Source of the DNA: Gemmatimonadales bacterium | GTDB taxonomy: Bacteria > Gemmatimonadota > Gemmatimonadetes > Gemmatimonadales > GWC2-71-9 | Assembly (NCBI GenBank): GCA_035693225.1 | Contig: DASSGV010000025.1 | Coordinates: 21,814-85,813 of the forward strand | Reading direction: 5' to 3' | Length of the DNA stretch: 64,000 nt | Part shown: positions 1 through 8,068 of the stretch, piece by piece | Layout of the letters: each line of letters starts with the position of its first letter | Position numbering within the stretch: the stretch's first letter is position 1 | Notes under the pieces: generated by a model | What the model saw: only the letters and a program-made list of their open reading frames with translations | Database searches by the model: none | What the model was told of the DNA's origin: nothing | Made by a program: the position numbers and the translations under genes

Positions 1-1
1 T

Positions 2-514
2 CTGCTCAAGGCGCGGGCCGGCGCCCACGCCTTCGGAGAGGATGCCGCCGACCTGGCCGAAGTGCTGCTGAACGCACTCCGCGCCGCGGGTGCCACCCTC
101 GCGGTCGCGGAATCGTGCACCGGCGGATTGCTGGGAGCACGGATCACCGCGATCCCGGGGAGCTCCGCCGTCTTCCAGGGTGGCGTCATCGCCTACGATG
201 ACCAGGTCAAGATCCGCGACCTCGCCGTTCCCGCCGACCTGATCGCGCGCCACGGTGCCGTGAGCGAGGAGGTGGCCCGCGCGATGGCCCGGGGGGCCCG
301 TCAGCGGTTCGGCACCGATGCCGCGATCAGCATCACCGGCATCGCCGGCCCCGGGGGCGGGACCGACGAAAAACCGGTCGGGACGGTGTGGATCGCGCTC
401 TCGGAACGGGATCACGAGGACGCGGTCCGCCACGTGCTCCTCGGCGAGCGTGACGAGATACGGGAACGCGCGGCGCAGCGGGGGCTCTACCTGCTCTGGC
501 GCAGGGTCATCTAG
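2..514 (+). CDS. cinA: CinA-family protein, C-terminal PncC-like (nicotinamide-nucleotide amidohydrolase) domain; 5' end cut by window edge
   Basis: Reading frame is open from the window start. AESCTGG and ISITGIAGPGGG motifs are typical of the CinA C-terminal domain. Confidence 0.85.
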   Translation: MLKARAGAHAFGEDAADLAEVLLNALRAAGATLAVAESCTGGLLGARITAIPGSSAVFQGGVIAYDDQVKIRDLAVPADLIARHGAVSEEVARAMARGARQRFGTDAAISITGIAGPGGGTDEKPVGTVWIALSERDHEDAVRHVLLGERDEIRERAAQRGLYLLWRRVI

Positions 515-546
515 GGCCGGGTCCCGCCATTCTGGCCTACCCACGG

Positions 547-562
547 TGGCACGCACCGTGCT
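547..562 (+). promoter_or_regulatory. Sigma-54-type -24/-12 promoter-like motif upstream of grpE
   Basis: TGGCACGCACCGTGCT compared with consensus TGGCACG-N4-TTGCW. GG and GC are separated by exactly 10 nt, with one mismatch in the -12 element. Confidence 0.3.
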
Positions 563-567
563 ATAAT
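559..567 (+). promoter_or_regulatory. Extended -10 promoter element (TGCTATAAT) upstream of grpE
   Basis: Perfect TGnTATAAT inside an AT-rich island of a ~70% GC genome, 36 nt before the grpE start. No good -35 element. Confidence 0.45.
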
Positions 568-602
568 ATTGGACATGAACCAGACCACCGTGAGCATCGT
601 AA

Positions 603-1193
603 GTGCCTGCTAATAAACAGCTTATGAATGACGATCTGGGCGATGACACCGCCCGGCCTGAGCCATCCGCCGATCCGTATCGTGCCGAGTCGGCGGGACT
701 CGGGGGCGTCCCGATTGAACCCCCTGACTCGGCCATCGCGCGGCTCGAGGCCGAGGTCGCGGAGTTGCGCGACCGGCATCTGCGGCTCGCCGCCGAATAT
801 GACAACTACCGCAAGCGGACGGCGCGGGAACGCTCCGAGCTGACCGATCGGGCCCAGGCCGACCTGCTGGTCCGGCTGCTCGATGTGGTCGACGACATGG
901 ACCGTCTGGCGGCCGGTGGTGCGCAGGTCCAGACCGTGGACCAACTGCACGAGGCGGTGGTCCTCACCGAGAAGAAGCTCTGGAAGGAGCTCGAAGCTGC
1001 CGGCTTTGAGGCCGTCGAGCCGACCGGGGCGCCCTTCGATCCGGAACAGCACGAGGCGATCTCGAGCATCCCCGCACCCGATGCGGCGCGGGCCCACCTG
1101 GTGGCCCAGACCTTCCAGGTCGGGTATCGCCTGAAGGGGCTCCTGCTGCGGCCGGCGCGAGTGCAGGTCTACGGCGAACCGGCGCTCGACTGA
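603..1193 (+). CDS. grpE: Nucleotide exchange factor GrpE
   Basis: LRLAAEYDNYRKRTARE and LLDVVDDMDRL motifs. GTG start at 603, or in-frame ATG at 624. Directly precedes dnaJ. Confidence 0.9.
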   Translation: MPANKQLMNDDLGDDTARPEPSADPYRAESAGLGGVPIEPPDSAIARLEAEVAELRDRHLRLAAEYDNYRKRTARERSELTDRAQADLLVRLLDVVDDMDRLAAGGAQVQTVDQLHEAVVLTEKKLWKELEAAGFEAVEPTGAPFDPEQHEAISSIPAPDAARAHLVAQTFQVGYRLKGLLLRPARVQVYGEPALD

Positions 1194-1194
1194 C

Positions 1195-2286
1195 GTGGCA
1201 TCCAAGGACCTGTATCAGGTGCTGGGGGTGGCGGATACCGCCGACGCCGCCGAGATCAAGAAGGCGTATCGTCGCTTGGCCAAGCAGTACCATCCGGACG
1301 CCAATCCCAACAATCCCTCCGCCGCCGAGCGCTTCAAGGAGATCTCCGAAGCGCACGGCGTGTTGTCGGACACCGACAAGCGGAAGCAGTACGACCGGAT
1401 GCGCAAGTACGGCGCCTTCAACGGAGGTGGCCGTTCCGGGGGCGCGTCGCGCGGCGGGTCCGCCGGCAGCGGGCCGGCGGGGGCCGACGCGGGGTTCGAG
1501 TTCAGCGACCTGGGCGGATTGGGCGACATCTTCTCATCCATCTTCGGTCGTGGCCGCCGCGAAGAAGCGGCGGAGCCGATCGAAACGCTGGTCGAGATCC
1601 CCTTCCGGGTGGCGGCCCTGGGCGGCAAGGTGCCGGTGTCGCTCGCGGTCAACGAGCAATGCGGCACCTGTCACGGGACCGGCGGTGCCGCGGGGGCCAA
1701 GCTCACGACCTGCCCGGAGTGCTCGGGGCGTGGCACCGTCACGTTCGGGCAGGGGGGATTCGCGGTCAGCCGGCCCTGTCCCCGATGCCGGGGGCGCGGC
1801 AAGATCGCATCGGAACCGTGCCCGACCTGCCACGGGCAGGGAGAGGTCCGGACCGAGCGTCGGCTGACGCTCACGGTCCCGCCGGGCACCGAGTCGGGCG
1901 CCAAGATGCGGTTGCAGGGTCAGGGCCAGCCCGCCCCGGGCGGCGGGCCGACCGGCGACCTGGTCGTGACCTTCCAGGTGCAGCCCGATCGGTTCTTCAC
2001 CCGCGATGGTCTCGACCTTCGCTGTGAGGTACCGATCAACTTGGCCCAGGCGGTCTTCGGGACCCAGCTCCGGGTCCGCACCCTCGACGGCAAGAAGGTC
2101 CTGCTCAAGGTCCCACCCGGGACGCAGCCAGGTCGTACGTTCAGGGTCAAGCGACTGGGACTGACCAAGGGGGGACGGCGGGGGGACCAGCTCATCACCG
2201 TGAATGTCGCACTTCCGACGGAGCTTACCCCCGAGGCGACGGCGCTGATGCAGCAGCTCGCGGCAGCGACGGGGATGAAGTACTAG
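1195..2286 (+). CDS. dnaJ: Molecular chaperone DnaJ
   Basis: J-domain with HPD (QYHPDAN), a G/F-rich linker and four CxxCxGxG zinc-finger repeats. Confidence 0.95.
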   Translation: MASKDLYQVLGVADTADAAEIKKAYRRLAKQYHPDANPNNPSAAERFKEISEAHGVLSDTDKRKQYDRMRKYGAFNGGGRSGGASRGGSAGSGPAGADAGFEFSDLGGLGDIFSSIFGRGRREEAAEPIETLVEIPFRVAALGGKVPVSLAVNEQCGTCHGTGGAAGAKLTTCPECSGRGTVTFGQGGFAVSRPCPRCRGRGKIASEPCPTCHGQGEVRTERRLTLTVPPGTESGAKMRLQGQGQPAPGGGPTGDLVVTFQVQPDRFFTRDGLDLRCEVPINLAQAVFGTQLRVRTLDGKKVLLKVPPGTQPGRTFRVKRLGLTKGGRRGDQLITVNVALPTELTPEATALMQQLAAATGMKY

Positions 2287-2309
2287 GGCGGGGGTCCCGT
2301 CCCGATCGA

Positions 2310-4439
2310 TCAGCCGATGATCGCGCTGACCGATCCGCTGACCCGGGCCGCGAACTCTCGCGCCTGGTCCATCAGGATCCACTGGGCGGCACGTTCCGGA
2401 TCACCGGGGGCAGGGTGTCGCGGGGTCCAGGTGCCGTCGGCGCCAAGCTCCCAGGCCTGTCGGTTGTCTCCCAGCATCAGCATCAGGACCTGCTTGACGG
2501 TCGCGCGGTGCGCCGGGTCGGTGACCGGCACCACCGCCTCGATCCGGCGGTCGAGGTTGCGCGGCATCCAGTCGGCGGAGCCGATGTAGGCCTCCTCCTG
2601 GCCATCATTGTGGAACAGGAAGGCCCGGGAGTGCTCGAGGAACCGGCCCACCACGCTCACGACCTGGATCCGCTCGCTCACGCCCGGAACGCCCGGCCGG
2701 AGGCAGCAGATGCCGCGGACCACCAGGTCGACCTCGACCCCCGCGCTCGAGGCCTCGTAGAGTGCGGCGATGATCTCCTGATCGACCAGCGAGTTCATCT
2801 TGGCGATGATGCGTCCGGTGCCGCCTCCGCGCGCGTGTTCGGCCTCCCGGCGGATGAGGGACAGGAATCGCTCGCGCATCCCGCGTGGCGCCACGATGAG
2901 CTTCCGATAGGACGCCGGCTGGGCAAATCCCGTGAGGACGTTGAACAGGTCGGTGAGGTCCGCGGCGAGTTCGGGATCGGCCGAGAAGAGGCCGAAGTCG
3001 GTGTAGAGCCGTGCCGTCCTCGGGTTGTAGTTGCCGGTCCCCACGTGGACGTAGCAGCGCATCTGATCGCCTTCCCGACGCACCACCAGCATCACCTTCG
3101 CGTGGGTCTTGAGCCCGGCCACGCCGTAGCTCACGTGGACCCCGGCGTCCTCCAGCCGGCGGGCCCAGGAGATGTTGTTCTCCTCGTCGAACCGGGCCTG
3201 GAGCTCGATGAGCACCGCCACCTGCTTGCCACGTTCGGCGGCCTGCTGCAGGGCGCGCGCAATGCCCGCATCGGCCCCGGTGCGATAGAGTGTGAGCTTG
3301 ATGGCCACGACGTCCGGATCCTCGGTCGCCTCCCGGATGAAGCGTTCCACTGAACTGGCAAAGCTGTCGTAGGGATGGTGCGCCAGCACGTCGCCGTCGC
3401 GGAGGGCCTCGAACACCGTGCGCGCCGCGGCGAATCGCGGCGGGGTGCCGGGGTGGAAGGGGGGATCCCGGAGCTCCGGCATGTCGATCGCCGCGAGCCC
3501 CAGGAGGTCGCCGGCGGCCATCACTCCCTGCACCTCGTAGATGTCGTCGCTGCCGAGCCATCCCGGGGCCTCTTCGGCCAGTTCATCGAGGAGCATCTGG
3601 CGGATGGCGGTCGGCGTGCGCGGGCTCACCTCCAGGCGGATCACCTGGCCGAACCGCCGGTTGCGGAGCTCTTCCTGGATGAGGCTCAGGAGGTCCTCGG
3701 CATCTTCGGGGTCGATCTGCACGTCTGTGTTGCGGGTGACGCGGAAGGTGGACCACCCCACGATCTCGATCCCCGGAAAGAGCGCTTCGAGATTGACGCC
3801 GATCACCTGCTCGAGCGGTACGAACCGATGTCCCTCGCCCAACGGCACCCAGCGGGGCAGCAGGCGCGGCACCTTGACCCGGGCAAATCGCTCGTCGCCA
3901 CGATCCCCGCGAAGCATCACGGCCAGGGAGAGCGACAAATTGGAGATGTGGGGGAAGGGGTGCGCCGGATCGACGGCCAGGGGGGTCAGCACCGGGAAGA
4001 CGTTGGACGCATACCAGCGGTCGAGTCCGGCCCGCTCCGCGCTTGAGACGGCCGACACGTCGAGCAATTCCACGCCCCGGGCGGCCAGCGCGGGGAGCAG
4101 GTCCCCCGTCAGGCATCGGTCCGCCTGGGCCTGCAGTTCGCGCACGATGCGCCCGATGGCCTTGAGCTGGTCATCCGGGGTCATCCCGTCGGCGGGACGC
4201 TCCACCACCCCGGCCGCCAGTTGCTGCTTGAGGCCCGACACCCGCACCTGGAAGAATTCGTCGAGATTCCCGGCAAGGATCCCGAGGAACTTGAGGCGCT
4301 CCAGCAGCGGGGTCCGGGTATCGAGCGCCTGCTGCAGGACCCGCCGGTCGAACTCCAACGCCGAGAGTTCGCGGTTGATGTACAGCGATGAGTGGCGAAG
4401 GTCGGTCGGGGACGGCTGGTGGACGGCAAGATCGGTCAT
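2310..4439 (-). CDS. ppk1: Polyphosphate kinase 1
   Basis: 709 aa. The N-terminus YINRELSALEFDRRVL...LERLKFLGI...NLDEFF is characteristic of PPK1. Length is typical. Confidence 0.95.
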   Translation of the reverse strand: MTDLAVHQPSPTDLRHSSLYINRELSALEFDRRVLQQALDTRTPLLERLKFLGILAGNLDEFFQVRVSGLKQQLAAGVVERPADGMTPDDQLKAIGRIVRELQAQADRCLTGDLLPALAARGVELLDVSAVSSAERAGLDRWYASNVFPVLTPLAVDPAHPFPHISNLSLSLAVMLRGDRGDERFARVKVPRLLPRWVPLGEGHRFVPLEQVIGVNLEALFPGIEIVGWSTFRVTRNTDVQIDPEDAEDLLSLIQEELRNRRFGQVIRLEVSPRTPTAIRQMLLDELAEEAPGWLGSDDIYEVQGVMAAGDLLGLAAIDMPELRDPPFHPGTPPRFAAARTVFEALRDGDVLAHHPYDSFASSVERFIREATEDPDVVAIKLTLYRTGADAGIARALQQAAERGKQVAVLIELQARFDEENNISWARRLEDAGVHVSYGVAGLKTHAKVMLVVRREGDQMRCYVHVGTGNYNPRTARLYTDFGLFSADPELAADLTDLFNVLTGFAQPASYRKLIVAPRGMRERFLSLIRREAEHARGGGTGRIIAKMNSLVDQEIIAALYEASSAGVEVDLVVRGICCLRPGVPGVSERIQVVSVVGRFLEHSRAFLFHNDGQEEAYIGSADWMPRNLDRRIEAVVPVTDPAHRATVKQVLMLMLGDNRQAWELGADGTWTPRHPAPGDPERAAQWILMDQAREFAARVSGSVSAIIG

Positions 4440-4479
4440 GGGGAGAATCTAGCCGGGCATCGTCACGGGCCGGTGACGG

Positions 4480-4887
4480 TCACCCGCGGGTGTGGATCTC
4501 GACGTCCGGGGGACGCCGTCGGGGAGGGCGGGTCGCGGCGAGGAGCAGGGTGGAACCGATGCTCACCACCAACCCGCCCCAGAAGGCGGGCCAGAACCCG
4601 CTGACACTGAAGCCGAGTCCCCAGCTGGTCGAGAGCCACGCGGTGAGTTCGAGCAGGAGCGCATTCACCACCAGCGCAAAGAAGCCGAAGGTGAGGATGA
4701 TGAGCGGGCAGGTGAGGACCGACAGCAGCGGCTTGAGCACTGCGTTGACGGCACCGAACACTGCCGCCACCACGAACAGGCGGACGATCCCGCTTCCAGC
4801 GGCGTCGAAGTGGAGTCCCGGGACGATCGACACCGCCAGGAAGAGGGCACCCGCCGTCACCACCCATCGCAGGGCGAGTTCGCGCAT
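4480..4887 (-). CDS. Small 4-TM membrane protein, DUF360 / phage-holin-4-like family
   Basis: 135 aa with four hydrophobic helices. TGATG one-nt overlap with the mnmA stop. No phage context. Confidence 0.7.
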   Translation of the reverse strand: MRELALRWVVTAGALFLAVSIVPGLHFDAAGSGIVRLFVVAAVFGAVNAVLKPLLSVLTCPLIILTFGFFALVVNALLLELTAWLSTSWGLGFSVSGFWPAFWGGLVVSIGSTLLLAATRPPRRRPPDVEIHTRG

Positions 4888-5945
4888 CAGGCGATGACGC
4901 CGCCACCGAGGAGCTGATCGTCCGTGCCGTACATCACGCCGGACTGCCCCGGCGTGATGGCCCGCACCGGTGTTGCCAGGGCCAGCGTGATGGAATCGTC
5001 GGTCCGCGCCAGCACCGTGGCGGGGGTCGCGGCTGCGCGGTAGCGCACCTGCACGCCGCAGCGGTCACCCGGTTCCAGCGGGGAGGCCAGCCAGTTGACC
5101 TCCTGGAGCTCCACCCGATGCCCGGCGAGATCCTCCGCGGCTCCGATGACGACCTCGCGGGAGCCGGGGCGGATGGCCACCACATAGCGCGGGGTGCCGG
5201 CGCCGCCCGGCAGGCCGCGCCGCTGGCCGATGGTGTACCGGGCGTAGCCCTGGTGTTCGCCGACGACCTCGCCTGCAACGGTCACCAGCGGGCCCGGTGT
5301 GAGCGCGGGGGCATCGGCGGGGAGGTGCTGTTCCAGTACGCTCACGTAATCATCATTCGGCACGAAGCAGATCTCGACCGATTCCGGCTTGTCCGCGGTC
5401 TCCAGTCCCAGCTGGCGGGCGTAGGCCCTGGTCTCCTGCTTGGTCAGCCCGCCGACCGGGGTCAGCATCCGAGCCACCACGGCGCGGTCGATCCCCCAGA
5501 GGAAATAGCTCTGGTCCTTGGCCGGATCTGCCCCGCGATGGAGCGCGCCGTCACGGGCAATGGCGTAGTGTCCGGTGGCCAGGTAGCGGCAGTCCAGTGA
5601 ATCGGCGTGGGCCAGGAGGTCGCGGAACTTGGTGAACGAGTTGCAGCGCACGCAGGGGATCGGCGTGCGTCCGCGACTGTACTCGCTCACGAAATTCTGG
5701 ATGACGTGGAGCGAGAACCGATCCTCGAAGTTGAGCACGTAGTGCGGGATGCCGAGCCGATGGGCCACGGCGCGCGCGTCGTTGATCGAATCGAGGGAGC
5801 AGCAGGGGCGATCGGGCACCGAATCGCCGTAGCAGAACAGCTTCATCGTGGCGCCGATGACCTCGAAGCCCTCGTCGACCAGGCGCGCCGCCGCGACCGA
5901 GCTGTCGACACCTCCCGACATCGCGACCAGCACCCGTTCACGCAC
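4887..5945 (-). CDS. mnmA: tRNA 2-thiouridine(34) synthase MnmA
   Basis: PP-loop SGGVDSS at the N-terminus, 352 aa, 8-nt overlap with the upstream cysteine desulfurase. Confidence 0.95.
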   Translation of the reverse strand: MRERVLVAMSGGVDSSVAAARLVDEGFEVIGATMKLFCYGDSVPDRPCCSLDSINDARAVAHRLGIPHYVLNFEDRFSLHVIQNFVSEYSRGRTPIPCVRCNSFTKFRDLLAHADSLDCRYLATGHYAIARDGALHRGADPAKDQSYFLWGIDRAVVARMLTPVGGLTKQETRAYARQLGLETADKPESVEICFVPNDDYVSVLEQHLPADAPALTPGPLVTVAGEVVGEHQGYARYTIGQRRGLPGGAGTPRYVVAIRPGSREVVIGAAEDLAGHRVELQEVNWLASPLEPGDRCGVQVRYRAAATPATVLARTDDSITLALATPVRAITPGQSGVMYGTDDQLLGGGVIA

Positions 5946-7119
5946 GCGCCAGCGCTCCCGCCAGCTTCCGGGCCTTGGCCACCACGGTGGGAATGGTCGC
6001 GATGACGCGTTCGATGTCGGCGGCGGTGGTCTCGTGGCCCAGGCTCATCCGAATGGTGCCGACCGCGAGGTCGTGGGGGACGCCCATCGCGACCAGGACG
6101 TGGGAGGGTTCCACGGCGCCGGTGGAGCAGGCGGAGCCGGCGGAGACCGCGATCCCCGCCAGGTCCAGGTGCATCAACAACGTTTCGCTGTCGGCACCGG
6201 GGATGCCGACGCTGAGGACGTGGTGCGCGCGGGGGCCGCCACTGCCGTGCAGGACCGCGTCCGGGACGGCGGCATGGATACCGACCCAGAGCTGATCGCG
6301 GAGCGCCCCGATCCGCCGGGACTCTCCCTCCCATTCCGCCAGGGTCAATTCCGCCGCACGGCCGAGGGCCACGATCCCGGGGACGTTCTCGGTGCCGGGG
6401 CGCAGGCCGAACTGCTGGCCGCCCCCGTGGATGATCGCCTCGACGGCGTGACGGTCCCGGACCAGGAGTGCGCCGATCCCCTTGGGCGCGCCGATCTTGT
6501 GCCCCGAAATGGTGAGGAGGTCGCAGGGCAGGTCGCGAAAGGCCAGCGGCACCTTGCCGCAGGCCTGGACACCATCGATATGGAATGTGACGCCGGCCGC
6601 GCGGCATCGCGCGCCGATCTCGCGGACCGGCTGGATGGCGCCGGTCTCGTTGTTGACCCACATCACCGAGAGGACGCCAGGCGCGCGGGCGAGCGCCGCG
6701 TCCACGGCGGCGAGGTCGAGCTGGCCGTGGTGATCGACCGGCAGGAGCTCCTCCTCGCCGCCGAAGTGGACCACCGCGTGGGCGGCCGCGAGGATCGCCT
6801 TGTGGGCGGTCGATTCCACCGCCGCCCGGAGCTTTCGCCCCGCGTCCCTGGCCGCCAGCGCGCCGCCGATGACGGCCAAGTTGTCGGCTTCCGTCCCACC
6901 GCTGGTGAAGATGACCTGGTTGGGGTCCGCGCCGACCGCTGCCGCGACCTTCTGCTTGGCGGCCTCGACCCCGGCGCGGGCGTTGCGACCGAACTGGTGG
7001 GCGCTCGAAGGATTCCCGAAGATCTCGGGGCGGAGGTAGGGCAGCATCGCCTCCAGCACCTCGGGGCGGACCGGGGTGGTGGCGGCGTGGTCGAGGTAGA
7101 TCGGAGCGGGCTTGGCCAT
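5938..7119 (-). CDS. Class I (NifS/IscS-like) cysteine desulfurase
   Basis: PLP-lysine context [10 protein letters not shown] and catalytic loop SAGSACSTG. Start trimmed to ATG 7119 ([16 protein letters not shown]) because the track ORF extends 5' through a tandem repeat. Confidence 0.9.
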   Translation of the reverse strand: MAKPAPIYLDHAATTPVRPEVLEAMLPYLRPEIFGNPSSAHQFGRNARAGVEAAKQKVAAAVGADPNQVIFTSGGTEADNLAVIGGALAARDAGRKLRAAVESTAHKAILAAAHAVVHFGGEEELLPVDHHGQLDLAAVDAALARAPGVLSVMWVNNETGAIQPVREIGARCRAAGVTFHIDGVQACGKVPLAFRDLPCDLLTISGHKIGAPKGIGALLVRDRHAVEAIIHGGGQQFGLRPGTENVPGIVALGRAAELTLAEWEGESRRIGALRDQLWVGIHAAVPDAVLHGSGGPRAHHVLSVGIPGADSETLLMHLDLAGIAVSAGSACSTGAVEPSHVLVAMGVPHDLAVGTIRMSLGHETTAADIERVIATIPTVVAKARKLAGALARA

Positions 7120-7160
7120 ACCGGAAAATAGGCGGTAAGGCAGCAAGCCGGAAAGGCGGC

Positions 7161-7233
7161 CCCCGCTTTCCTTCGCCTTCCCCCGCTTTCCCTCGCTTTC
7201 CCCCGCCTTCCTTCGCCTTCCCTCGCTTCCCCC
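7161..7233. repeat. Tandem array of about 7 copies of a 10-bp unit (YYCGCYTTCC on + strand; purine-rich on the transcribed - strand)
   Basis: Perfect 10-nt periodicity with one G per unit and no A from 7161 to 7234. A 20-bp higher-order repeat is visible (7161-7180 vs 7201-7220, 19/20 identical). The array lies between the bshB-like stop and the cysteine desulfurase start. Confidence 0.9.
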
Positions 7234-7236
7234 CAC

Positions 7237-7953
7237 CTACATCGATTGCACCTCAAGCCCGAGTACGTCATCCACCCGCATGGTCTCGGGCGTGTAGAAT
7301 GGCTCCCCGAATCGGGTCCGGATGAGCGAGCCGTAGTGGGCGCCCTGGGTCTCGATGAGGGAGTAGAGGTCCTGGCCGGTCGGGAAGATCTCCCCGGCGG
7401 CGATCGCGGCATCGAATTGGGAGGCATAGCACCGGATCGCCTCCATCTTGCGCGGCATCTGGGCCGTGATGTCTACGACGAACGTAGGCGTCACGGGGTC
7501 TTCCCGATACGCCAGCGCATACAGGATCTTGTAGGGCCGGTGCGGCTCACCGGGGGCGTCGTACTTGGCGAGCCCCGCCAGAAAGCAGGCATCACGCGCG
7601 AGCTCCGACGCGATCCGGTGGTCGGGATGCCGCCCCACCGGATAAGGGAGGATCACCACCCTCGGCCGGAAGTGCCGGATCTCCGCCACGACCACCCGCC
7701 GCGTCTCATCGGTGTTGTGCAGATGGGCATCGGAGAGGCCCGCATTCCGCCGCTCGGTCACGCCGAGGACCTTGGCGGCCCGCATCGCCTCCTCCGCGCG
7801 GAGTGTCGCGCTCCCCCGGGTCCCCGTCTCGCCCGCGGTGAGGTCGAGGATGCCGGTCCGGTGTCCCGCGTCGACGGCCCGGAGCAGGGTGCCGGCGCAG
7901 GTGAGTTCGACGTCATCACGGTGCGCCGCGATGGCGAGCAGGTCGACGGGCAT
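7237..7953 (-). CDS. bshB1: PIG-L/LmbE family deacetylase, BshB1-like
   Basis: AHRDDVELTCAGT and GILDLTAGETGTRG motifs. Start trimmed to ATG 7953 (MPVDLLAIAAH) because the track ORF runs 5' into a repeat. Confidence 0.8.
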   Translation of the reverse strand: MPVDLLAIAAHRDDVELTCAGTLLRAVDAGHRTGILDLTAGETGTRGSATLRAEEAMRAAKVLGVTERRNAGLSDAHLHNTDETRRVVVAEIRHFRPRVVILPYPVGRHPDHRIASELARDACFLAGLAKYDAPGEPHRPYKILYALAYREDPVTPTFVVDITAQMPRKMEAIRCYASQFDAAIAAGEIFPTGQDLYSLIETQGAHYGSLIRTRFGEPFYTPETMRVDDVLGLEVQSM

Positions 7954-7967
7954 TGCCACTCCGATCG

Positions 7968-8068
7968 GGTGAACGGGGGTGAACGGTAAAGAGTAAACGG
8001 TGAACGGGAGCATCCGGGAGCCCCCGTTTCACCCTTCCCGTTCACCCTTCACCGTTCACCGCGTTCAC
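7968..8068. repeat. Intergenic imperfect palindrome built from inverted arrays of 7-bp units (GGTGAAC / GTTCACC)
   Basis: Left arm is GGTGAAC-ggg-GGTGAAC GGTAAAG AGTAAAC GGTGAAC. Right arm is GTTTCAC..GTTCACC CTTCACC GTTCACC gcGTTCAC. The loop is about 14 nt. The terminal unit contains the TGA stop of the upstream permease gene (8065-8067). Confidence 0.85.

Noticed and set aside
4480-4887. A holin-family-like small membrane protein as a possible prophage remnant.
   Set aside because: It has no phage, integrase or lysis genes nearby. It is translationally coupled to mnmA within a housekeeping operon, and its composition matches the host.
7161-7233. Considered whether the short tandem repeats (here and at 7968-8068 and 52803-52896) could be CRISPR arrays.
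   Set aside because: The units are only 7-10 bp with no intervening unique spacers, and no cas genes are present. They are tandem or inverted micro-repeats, not CRISPR.
7120-7236. N-terminal extension of the cysteine desulfurase ORF (MGGSEGRRRKAGESEGKRGKAKESGG...).
   Set aside because: It is a translation of the 10-bp tandem repeat. The conserved protein starts at [16 protein letters not shown] (ATG 7119).
7954-8013. N-terminal extension of the bshB-like ORF (MLPFTVYSLPFTPVHPIGVA).
   Set aside because: It is a read-through of the heptamer-array palindrome. A similar pseudo-peptide (MYRLPFTG...) arises at 52776-52826 from the second copy. Conserved sequence begins at ATG 7953 and ATG 52775 respectively.
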